A DNA stretch of 36,302 nt, from the NCBI GenBank assembly GCA_002269645.1, contig NIVC01003036.1, forward strand, positions 1-36,302, written 5' to 3'. The notes under the pieces were generated by a model. It had not been told where the DNA came from. It saw nothing but the letters and a program-made list of their open reading frames with translations, and did not search any database. A program made the position numbers and the translations under genes. The stretch's first letter is position 1. Every line of letters starts with the position of its first letter. This DNA is from Macrostomum lignano. Lineage: Eukaryota. Below are positions 26,869 to 36,302 of the stretch, in pieces.

Positions 26869-27363
26869 TTATTTAACATCATCAAAGCTAGGCGCAGACC
26901 CAGACTCAATATCCTGGATAAATGATTTATAATAAGCCTCGTATCTCTTGGCGCAGCGCATGACGTCATTGTGCGTGTCCTCGAATGCCCTCCTAGCATT
27001 GGGGTCGTCAAACGCTGAGTCATCTTTCAACAAGCCGTCAATCTGGGCCATAAACTTTCGGAAGTAGAGGCCGCACGGTCCCGTGACGTACTTGGCCACG
27101 CAGCCGCAGTGCCAGTTGTAGCTGCCGTCCGGCCGCTTGAACCCCGGCAGGCTGTACTTCGTGTCGATGTCAAAGTAGTTGGTCATCGACATGGTGGGAT
27201 AGGCGTCCCGGCGGGACAAGAAGGTGGCCACGTTAGCGGGACGGTTGGGTCCGCCAGGGATCTGCTTGGACCAGGAAGATCTCTGATCCTCACTGGGCAG
27301 CACCGGCGGCTGCTGCTCTGCGACTGGTTCCGCTTTTGTTGCAGTTGCAGGAGATGAAGACAT
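26869..27363 (-). CDS. CHCHD4: MIA40/CHCHD4-like protein (164 aa), divergent: CGC instead of CPC and the inner CX9C cysteines lost
   Basis: [29 protein letters not shown] aligns with recalled MIA40 [39 protein letters not shown] ~ QECMQKYPDLY. Intronless CDS with GC3-rich codons; acceptor CTGCAG| 3 nt before the ATG. Confidence 0.8.
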   Translation of the reverse strand: [164 protein letters not shown]

Positions 27364-27384
27364 TTGCTGCAGTCAGGAAGGATC

Positions 27385-27880
27385 GAATTGGGGAGATTCT
27401 TGATGGGGATTGGGGAGATTCTTGGAGGAAATTAAGAAGATTCTTGAATGGAATCGGGAAGATTCTTGAAGGGGAGTTGGGGAGATTCTTGAATGGGAGT
27501 TGGGGAGATTCTTGAATGGGAGTTGGGGAGATTCTTGAAGAGAAATTGGGGAGATTCTTGATGGGGATTGGGGAGATTCTTGAAGAGAAATTGGGGATGG
27601 GGAGATTCTTTAAGAGAAGTTGGGGAGCTTCTTGAAGAGAAATTGGGGAGATTCTTAAAAGGGAATTGGGAAGATTCTTAAATGGGAATTGGGAAGATTC
27701 TTAAATGGGAATTGGGAAGATTCGTAAAGGGGAGTTAGGGAGATGCTTGAATGGGAATTGGGGAGATTCTTAAAGGGGAGTTGGGGAGATTCCTAAAGAG
27801 GAATTAGGGAGATTCTTGAAGGGGATTCGGGGAGATTCTTGAAAGGGATTTGGGGAGATTCTTAAAGGGGAATTTTGGAA
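27385..27880. repeat. Degenerate ~23-bp minisatellite GGGGAGATTCTTGAAGGGGAATT, same family as 24915-26075
   Basis: Shared GGG(G)AATTGGG(A/G)AGA(C/T)TCTTGAA consensus in the same orientation. Confidence 0.9.
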
Positions 27881-28169
27881 ATACAAAGATATTAGGAAAA
27901 AATAAAATAATTTGATATAACAACAGGAACTGGAAACATATAAAGGCCTAAAAAAGCATTTTGAACATCTGCAGATCCTTTATTTTATCATTTTTATTTT
28001 TGAAAATTTAACTAAAAAGTTTTTAATCTTGTGTTTTGTTAAAATGCTGAATATTTCATGTATTAATGACATTAAAACGGCAACAGCAGTTCCATGCTTA
28101 GGAAGTGGCTCGAGCCGATAAATAGGTAGGATTTGAGAAGCTGGAAGTGGCCCAGCAACTCACACTCAT

Positions 28170-28680
28170 GGAGGCTGGATGAGCAACTGAGGATCTGGGA
28201 GGCTGGCCCAGCAACTGAGGATCTGGGAGGCTGGATGAGCAACTGAGGATCTGGGAGGCTGGATGAGCAACTGAGGATCTGGGAGGCTGGATGAGCAACT
28301 GAGGATCTGGGAGGCTGGATGAGCAACTGAGGATCTGGGAGGCTGGATGAGCAACTGAGGATCTGGGAGGCTGGCAAAGCAACTGGGGATCTGGGAGGCT
28401 GGCAAAGCGACTGGGGATCTGGGAGGCTGGCAAAGCAACTGGGGATCTGGGAGGCTGGCAAAGCAACTGGGGATCTGGGAGGCTGGCAAAGCAACTGGGG
28501 ATCTGGGAGGCTGGCAAAGCAACTGAGGATCTGGGAGGCTGGTGGCCCAGCAACTGAGGATCTGGGAGGCTGGCCCAGCAACTGAGGATCTGGGAGGCTG
28601 GCCCAGCAACTGAGGATCTGGGAGGCTGGCCCGGCAACTGAGGATCTGGGAGGCTGGCCCGGCAACTGAGGATCTGAGAG
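28170..28680. repeat. 28-bp minisatellite GCAACTGAGGATCTGGGAGGCTGG(ATGA/CAAA/CCCA)
   Basis: GCAACT at 28211, 28239 and onward; variants occur in blocks. Confidence 0.96.
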
Positions 28681-28855
28681 GCTGAAAGTTTCATAGTCAC
28701 GGAACTCAATAAAAACCACTCAACGCACAATTTCACAAAACAACAACACTAAATCTATGGTATTCCTACAGCAAAGCCACTAAAAACGTATCATACTACT
28801 GCATGGAGAAGAGTAGCACAGTTCAGTAAAAAACGCATTTCCATAAAACACGACA

Positions 28856-29209
28856 TCAACTCGCTTCCCCCTTGCCAACTTTATTGAACAGCCTGTTGTA
28901 GTCATTCTTATCGAAAATTCTACTGGGAGCAGACGGGGCCAGCGGCTCCAGACCGCCTGCGGATGATGAGGCTTCAGCGGCAGCAGCTGCAGCTTCCCGA
29001 AGCAGTCGCTCGTCTCGTTGATCAGCCACTGACTTGTCTCGGCGGGCCGCTGCCTCCTGCGACTCTAAACTCGCTGGCGAGGTGAACAAGCGCTCAGCGT
29101 TGTAGCCAATGATGCCGATGACTACGGCGAATGGAAATGCGATTGCGTTGGCAACTGGACCGGCTCGGGCCATGAAAGTGCGCATCGCTTGCAGGATTAC
29201 GGGTAGCAT
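28856..29209 (-). CDS. SMIM12: Small integral membrane protein 12 (UPF0767) homologue, 117 aa
   Basis: MLPVILQAMRT...FPFAVVIGIIGYNAE ~ recalled MWPVFWTVVRT...FPVAFVVGAVGYHLE; KSVADQRDERLLRE ~ KSISERREDRKLDE. One TM helix; acceptor TCCCAG| 10 nt before the ATG. Confidence 0.88.
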   Translation of the reverse strand: MLPVILQAMRTFMARAGPVANAIAFPFAVVIGIIGYNAERLFTSPASLESQEAAARRDKSVADQRDERLLREAAAAAAEASSSAGGLEPLAPSAPSRIFDKNDYNRLFNKVGKGEAS

Positions 29210-29284
29210 TGTTGCTTAGCTGGGACATGAATGGTGACGATATGTATCGAAAATACACATTGAATGAGTTTTAAATGAAATACA

Positions 29285-30660
29285 ATTGGGATTTCCCTAA
29301 ATCCTAAATAACCGAATGGAATTTCCCCAAATCCTAAATAACCGAATGGGATTTCCCCAAATCCTAAATAACCGAATGGGCTTTTCTTAAACCCTAAATA
29401 ACCGAATGAGATTTTTCCAAATCCCGAATACTCAATAGGGATTTCCCCAAATCCTAAATAACCGAATAGATTTCACCAAATCCTAAATAACCGAATGAGA
29501 TTTCCACAAATCCTAAATAACCGAATCAATGGGATTTCCTTAAATCCTGAATAACCGAATGAGATTTCCCCAAATCCTAAATAATTGAATGGGATTTCCC
29601 CAAATCCTGAATACTCAATAGGGATTTCCCCGAATCCTAAATAACCGAATGGGATTTCCCCAAATCCTGAATACTCAATAGGGATTTCCCCGAATCCTAA
29701 ATAACCGAATGGGATTTCCCCAAATCCTGAATACTCAATAGGGATTTCCCCGAATCCTAAATAAACGAATGGGATTTCCCCAAATCCTGAATACTCAATA
29801 GGGATTTCCCCGAATCCTAAATAACCGAATGGGATTTCCCCGAATCCTAAATAACCGAATGGGATTTCCCCAAATCCTAAATAACCGAATCAATGGGATT
29901 TCCCCAAATCCTAAATAGCCGAATAGATTTTACCAAATCCTAAATAACCGAATGGGATTTCCCCAAATCCTGAATACTCAATAGGGATTTCTCCGAATCC
30001 TAAATAACCGAATGGGATTTCCCCAAATCCTGAATACTCAATAGGGATTTCTCCGAATCCTAAATAACCGAATGGGATTTCCCCAAATCCTGAATACTCA
30101 ATAGGGATTTCTCCGAATCCTAAATAACCGAATGGGATTTCCCCAAATCCTGAATACTCAATAGGGATTTCCCCGAATCCTAAATAACCGAATGGGATTT
30201 CCCCGAATCCTAAATAACCGAATGGGATTTCCCCAAATCCTGAATACTCAATAGGGATTTCTCCGAATCCTAAATAACCGAATGGGATTTCCCCAAATCC
30301 TGAATACTCAATAGGGATTTCCCCGAATCCTAAATAACCGAATGGGATTTCCCCGAATCCTAAATAACCGAATGGGATTTCCCCAAATCCTAAATAACCG
30401 AATCAATGGGATTTCCCCAAATCCTAAATAGCCGAATAGATTTTACCAAATCCTAAATAACCGAATGGGATTTCCCCAAATCCTGAATACTCAATAGGGA
30501 TTTCTCCGAATCCTAAATAACCGAATGGGATTTCCCCAAATCCTGAATACTCAATAGGGATTTCCCCGAATCCTAAATAAACGAATGGGATTTCCCCAAA
30601 TCTTGAATACTCAATAGGGATTTCCCCGAATCCTAAATAACCGAATGGGATTTCCGCTAA
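29285..30660. repeat. 30-bp minisatellite with 60-bp dimeric higher-order repeat (CCTAAATAACCGAATGGGATTTCCCCAAAT / CCTGAATACTCAATAGGGATTTC(C/T)CCGAAT)
   Basis: Lines 29641 and 29701 are identical 60-mers; no unique spacers. Confidence 0.97.
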
Positions 30661-31459
30661 ATCCTGCATTTTACCACGGACAAAAAATTAAAACTAGTCA
30701 GATGTAGAACAACTGCTAATTAAAGTTTATTTGGCAACAATGATCAATGAATTACGATCTTTTAAAGCAATACATAAACATATATATGCATTAAAATTTT
30801 TACAAAAAAAATTTGTTAAAGGAAGAGGTGTGAAACAAAAAAAATTAAGTAACTAGCTAGTAAGTAAAACAAGCACTTCAGCTGCATATCAAAGTGCTTT
30901 ACGATGGTTTTTGGTATTAAAAAAAAGTGACTGCAAAAATAAGGAAAACAGAGTAATGACATTGGAACAGAACAATAGCCACAACCACACCCGACACCAG
31001 TAACAGCCAACTATGAAAAAAAACAACCAACACAAAATTGAAAGACGATGTTAAAAAAAACAAACACAGACTCAAAAAAGGTCCCCGAAGTTCCGTTTGA
31101 ATTAAAACATAACCAACACAACAGTAAAACAGGGAAGCATTTATGTGGAGAGATTTTCAAATTCCACAAACTGGAATAACGATCCTTTTAATTGAAGAAT
31201 TGAAAATAATAACACAACATATCGGTAGAATGTCTAAAAGCAGGCAAAACATTTGTGCAGGAAAAAATTAAAATACAATTATTGTCAAGGAAAATAGGAC
31301 TATATTATTTAATAAATATATCAAATATTATGCGCTTAATTAAGGAAAACTACAAATTGCAAGAGACTGAAAATCAGCAGCCAACAAACCCGCATGAGTC
31401 CAAAACTCATTGCTTGCATACAAGCAATCACTGATAAGCATGTGTTCGGGCCGCTGTAC

Positions 31460-31880
31460 ATGCATGGGATGCAGGGAGATGCAGGAAGATTTAGGGAGAT
31501 GTAGGAAGATGCAGGGACATGAAAGAGATGTAGGGAAATGCAGGGAGATGCAGTGAGATGCATGGGATGTAGGGAGATGCAGGGAGATGTAGGGAGATGC
31601 AGGGAGATGTAGGGAGATGCAAGGAGATTGATGGGATGTAGGGAGATGCAGGGAGATGCATGGGATGTAGGGAGATGCAGGGAGATGCATGGGATGTAGG
31701 GAGATGCAGGGAGATGCAGGGGATGTAATGAGATGCAGGGAGATGTAGGGATATGCATGGGATGTAGGGAGATCCATGGGATGCAGGGAGATGCATGGGA
31801 TGTAGGGAGATGCAGGGAGATGTAGGGAGATGCATGGGATGTAGGGAGATCCATGGGATGCAGGGAGATGCAGGGAGATG
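31460..31880. repeat. GGGAGATG(C/T)A 10-bp-family minisatellite in the DDHD1-like 3' region
   Basis: Reverse-complement relative of the CATCTCCCTG arrays. Confidence 0.93.
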
Positions 31881-32041
31881 AGCACTGTTAGCTTCTAATC
31901 TTTAGTATTTCAGATACCGCAATGACCAAAATTTGTTCATAGATGAAAAAATGAATTTTTGACTGCCAATAAACAAGTAAATAAGTAAATAAACAAACAA
32001 ATAAACATTTGCCAGCCCGTCAATCATTGAAACTCAGTCGA

Positions 32042-35000
32042 TCATCGCTTCGGAATGCCAATAGGCCCATAGTCAGGGAACAGGTGACTCATAATAAACA
32101 GAGCAATATCTTCATGACTCCAATAGGCGGTGTGACTGGTGAGCACACTTACATATGAGGACTCATAGCGGCCTTCTCTCAGCTGATAGTCCAGTCTGTG
32201 CTCAAGTTCGGTCCTGTGCTGCATCGAGTCGTACACATTTACAGCCGGCCGACTACTGTTCGAGGCTGGCGCAGCCTCTCCATTAGCTTCATCAGCGCCC
32301 AGCATCAGATCATCGGCAGCATCTTCAACGTAGTTGCTAGCAAAAGTTTTCAGTTCCGACATGACGGGAGGCCCAGTTGAGCTGACTGAGACTGCTGTAG
32401 CTGAAGCTGACGACGCCACGGAACCGCTGGCAGATGCAGTCTTGCGAAAGCTCGAAAGTCTGGATGGACTGTAGGCTGAGTCACCTGATGGAGACGGCAG
32501 CTGCGGCGGCTGCTGCTGCCCCTTGCCAGTGAATCTTGACAGAAACGTGTTGAACCGGTCTAGGGGTGAGAAATACAGATAGTGACACATAATCACAGAT
32601 AATCACATAATCACAGATAATCACATAATCACAGATAATCACAGATAATCACACAATCACAGATAATCACATAATCACAGATAATCACATAATCACAGAT
32701 AATCACATAATCACAGATAATCACACATAATCACACAATCACAGATAATCACATAATCACAGATAATCACATAATCACAGATAATCACATAATCACAGAT
32801 AATCACACATAATCACAGATAATCACAGACAATCACAGATAATCACATAATCACAGATAATCACACATAATCACAGATAATCACAGACAATCACAGATAA
32901 TCACATAATCACAGATAATCACACATAATCACAGATAATCACAGACAATCACAGATAATCACATAATCACAGATAATCACATAATCACAGATAATCACAG
33001 ATAATCACACAATCACAGATAATCACATAATCACAGATAATCACAGATAATCACACAATCACAGATAATCACATAATCACAGATAATCACACAGCGGCTC
33101 TTTGACTTTCTAATCGTCAGGCGTGAGAGCACAGGAAGGCTGGATATACAATAATAAAATAGCGACTGTCACTACGTCAAGCATCGATTTGGAAAAAGCA
33201 ATATAAACCAGTAAATTGTTAAATAATTTTGCTACCAATTCTTTATAATAGATAAAAATTATTTAGAAATTAGAGCCCAGATAAAATGGGAAAAATGATT
33301 TTTTTATTAGCTAAAACCTTAAATATTATAAAAACTATGAACCAGAGTAGTTTATAATGAGAGTTTATATATTGCGAAAATATATTGCACATCTATCTTC
33401 TACAAGCTAAACTTTAGTATTGATAGATTACTGTAAGCCAGTAAAAGGATTACCAATGTATTCTGAAATAATATAACAAAAATACTAAGAAAGTATAGAT
33501 AATAAAATTTAAATTTAATATGCAAATTTGTGCGAATAAAATTATTTGCAAAGGATATCTACCATGCCAAATTAGTGTTGGATAACATGCAAACTAATTG
33601 AAGGTCTAATGTACATCTAGGGTGGGGTTGTGGGGGCTAGTGTACATCTAGGGTGGGGTTGTGGGGGCTAGTGTACATCTAGGGTAGGTTTGTGGGGCTA
33701 GTGTACATCTAGGGTAGGTTTGTGGGGCTAGTGTACATCTAGGGTGGGGATGTGGGGAGCCAGTGTACATCTAGGGTGGGGATGTGGGGAGCCAGTGTAC
33801 ATCTAGGGTGGGGTTGTGGGGAGCCAGTGTACATCTAGGGTGGGGATGTGGGGAGCCAGTGTACATCTAGGGTGGGGATGTGGGGAGCCAGTGTAGATCT
33901 AGGGTGGGGTTGTGGGGAGCCAGTGTACATTTAGGGTGGGAATGTGGGGAGCCAGTGTACATCTAGGGTGGGGATGTGGGGAGCCAGTGTACATCTAGGG
34001 TGGGGTTGTGGGGAGCCAGTGTACATCTAGGGTTAGATTGTGGGGTTTAAAATCATTGGAAATCATTTATAAAATTAAATGCATTCACTAACACAAGTAC
34101 ATATAAATGCACACATATAACCAATGATGGAACATAAAGATTCAGATATAGCACAACATTAATCAGGATTTTAAAACACACAACAGCATAAAACAAAATC
34201 ACACATCGGCGGTGAAACGAACCTGACAGTGAGGCATCGCTAGCCACAGCTCTTAGAGTGGCTGGGTGTTCTGTTACGGCACACACTTGGCCTGATATTT
34301 GGTAGTTAATGCACGCAATATTAATGATAGCAAGGAAAGCTATAGGGCATAGGCGTAGGGATAGACCAGATTTATCGGTCTGTAGTTAAATATGGCTGAC
34401 TATGGGTTTTTTAGAAGGTAAGAAATTAGATAATCGATAAAAATTAGATAACTAAGGGAGGTAGCTCGTAATTAATTAAGCATGTATTTAGAATTTTACT
34501 GAATAAACGGTAAATAAATTATATTTTTTATATTGACAACTTAAATAATCAATTAAAATTGAGAGAGATGGGAGGAGAGACGCAGATGGAGAGGGGTGGG
34601 AGAGGGGATGGAGGGGAGACAGGAAGATTAGAGAGCCGACCGGTAGATAGTAGGGGAGAGGATGGAGGTGGAGAGAGGTAGAAAGTAGATAGGGGGGAGA
34701 AAGGTAAAATGATGGGGGTGGGAGATAGGAGGGAACAAAGAGGAAATGGGAGGGAGAGAGGGAAATGGGAGGGAGAGAGGGTGATGAGAGGGAGAGAGGG
34801 AACTGGGAGGGAAGAGGGAGATGAGAGGGAGAGAGGGAGATGGGAGGGAGAGAGGGAGATGAGAGGAGAGAGGGAGATGGGAGGGAAGAGGAGATGAGAG
34901 GGAGAGAGGAGAGATGAGAGGGAGAGAGGGAGATGAGAGGGAGAGAGGGAGATGGGAGGGAGAGAGGGAGATGAGAGGAGAGAGGGAGAATGGGAGGGAA

Positions 35001-35907
35001 GAGGTTGATGAGAGGGCGAGAGGGAAATGGGAGGGAAGAGGGAGATGAGAGGGAGAGAGGGAGATGAGAGGGAGAGAGGGAGATGGGAGGGAGAGAGGGA
35101 GATGAGAGGGAGAGAGGGAGATGAGAGGGAGAGAGGGAGATGGGAGGGAAGAGGGAGATGAAGGAGAGAGAGGGAGATGGCAGGGAAGAGGGAGAGAGGG
35201 AGATGGAGGGAGAGAGGGAGGGAGAGAGGGAGATGAGAGGGAGAGGGAGATGGGAGGGAGAGAGGGAGATGGAGGGAGAGAGGGAGATGGGAGGAGAGAG
35301 GGAGATGGGAGGAGAGAGAGGGAATGGGAGGGAGAGAGGGAGATGAGAGGGAGAGAGGAGAGATGGGAAATGGCAGGGAAGAGGGAGAGAGGGAGATGGG
35401 AGGGAAGACACAAATTCAGCAATTCGTCGGCAGAGAAACACCGAAACCCGGAGCTGTGGCCAGCAAGTATCGGGGGGGGGAGCTCAAAGACACGAGTACA
35501 ACCCCGGAGGAACTCACTAATACTGCTAGGCTTGTCTCCGCTGCAGCTGCAATATCGGAGGCATCGAGAGCGCTGGAGTCCTGGCCGGAGCCGCCGCCGC
35601 AAGCTCCGGTGTCGCTGTGCCGAGACGAGAGCTCGTCAAAGTTCAACTCCGGCGGTGACGAGTCGCCAGAGTGCAGCAGAAGATGAGCAGCAGCGAACTG
35701 TTGCTGTTGTTGTTGTTGTTGTTGCTGCTGCTGTTGCTTCCGCTGGCGTTGGCCACTAGGAGAAGAGGCTGCAGCAGCCATGCTTTGGTGAAGCGGCTCC
35801 TGAGGCAGAGTGTGATACGGCGGCTTGTTCATGGCGTCGACTCGGTGGATGTGCACCGGCTGGATGGTGGAGTAGTGCTTCAGGATCAGCGGCTCCAGAC
35901 GGTAGGC
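32042..35907 (-). CDS. DDHD1: DDHD1-like phospholipase A1, 3' exons carrying the DDHD domain; 5' part lies beyond the window end
   Basis: Exon 35907-35518 (TTAAG|AYRLEPLILKHYSTIQPVHIH..., donor GTGAGT) and last exon 32559-32042 (HRLDYQLREGRYESSYVSVLTSHTAYWSHEDIALFI ~ recalled DDHD1 HRIDFELREGLVESRYWSAVTSHTAYWSSLDVALFL). A tentative middle exon 34379-34223 (phase 0 to 1) reconciles the phases. Candidate AATAAA at 30731-30726. Confidence 0.88.
32585..33090. repeat. Intronic ATAATCAC(AG) 8/10-bp minisatellite
   Basis: Directly visible. Confidence 0.96.
33610..34040. repeat. Intronic 30-32-bp minisatellite TAGGGTGGGG(A/T)TGTGGGGAGCCAGTGTACATC
   Basis: GTGTACAT at 33731, 33763 and onward; three G-tracts per unit. 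Confidence 0.95.
34560..35405. repeat. Intronic purine-rich GAGAGGGAGATG(A/G)GAGG repeat
   Basis: Almost exclusively G/A on the plus strand. Confidence 0.93.
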
Positions 35908-35989
35908 CTTAAGAAAAATAAGTTAAAAAAATCAATTCTAGACGTGAGATTTGTACTTTTATGGCAATTAGTTATAGGAGATATAGATT

Positions 35990-36302
35990 TCCCTTACATG
36001 AGGATATGGGAGATTTCCTGACATGAGGATATGGGAGATTTCCCTGACATGAGGATATGGGAGAATTCCTGACACGAGGATATGGGAGATTTCCCTGACA
36101 TGAGGATATGGGAGATTTCCCTGACATGAGGATATGGGAGATTTCCCTGACATGAGGATATGGGAGAATTCCCTGACATGAGGATATGGGAGATTTCCCT
36201 GACATGAGGATATGGGAGATTTCCCTGACATGAGGATGTGGGGTAATTCCCTGACATGAGGATATGGGAGATTTCCCTGACATGAGGATATGGGAGATTT
36301 CC
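35990..36302. repeat. Intronic 26-bp minisatellite GACATGAGGATATGGGAGATTTCCCT, truncated by window end
   Basis: Directly visible. Confidence 0.95.

Noticed and set aside
29285-30660. CRISPR-like appearance of the 30-bp (and 28-bp at 28170-28680) repeats
   Set aside because: Units are contiguous with no unique spacers, no cas genes are present, and the context is eukaryotic.
33094-33125. Hammerhead ribozyme (minus-strand CTGACGA...GAAA...GTC)
   Set aside because: Only 3 nt lie between CUGACGA and GAAA (no stem II), there is no stem I/III pairing, and the second copy has GAAG.

Overview
Eukaryotic (invertebrate metazoan) genomic DNA with GC3-rich exons, GT-AG introns and roughly half the sequence made of locus-specific mini/microsatellites. 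The overall style resembles a Macrostomum-type flatworm genome, which is inference only. Left: an orphan secreted acidic peptide gene (minus) lies head-to-head with a two-domain secreted lipid-binding protein gene (JHBP/takeout-like plus Der p 7/BPI-like), which has a 1-nt frameshift between its domains. Centre (7.5-20 kb): three copies of a 3-exon gene encoding a ~92-aa TIS11/TTP-type tandem CCCH zinc-finger protein with no effector domain. Copies A and B each sit between inverted copies of a non-coding module. Copies B and C form a convergent ~2-kb-arm inverted repeat. Right (23-36 kb): four co-oriented minus-strand genes (DDHD1-like, SMIM12, a degenerate MIA40/CHCHD4-like gene and a degenerate PGAP4-like gene) separated almost only by minisatellites. 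Each downstream gene has a splice acceptor 3-10 nt before its ATG, suggesting a trans-spliced operon. Most long ORFs in the supplied track are read-throughs of tandem repeats. Protein family assignments come from recalled motifs, not database searches.
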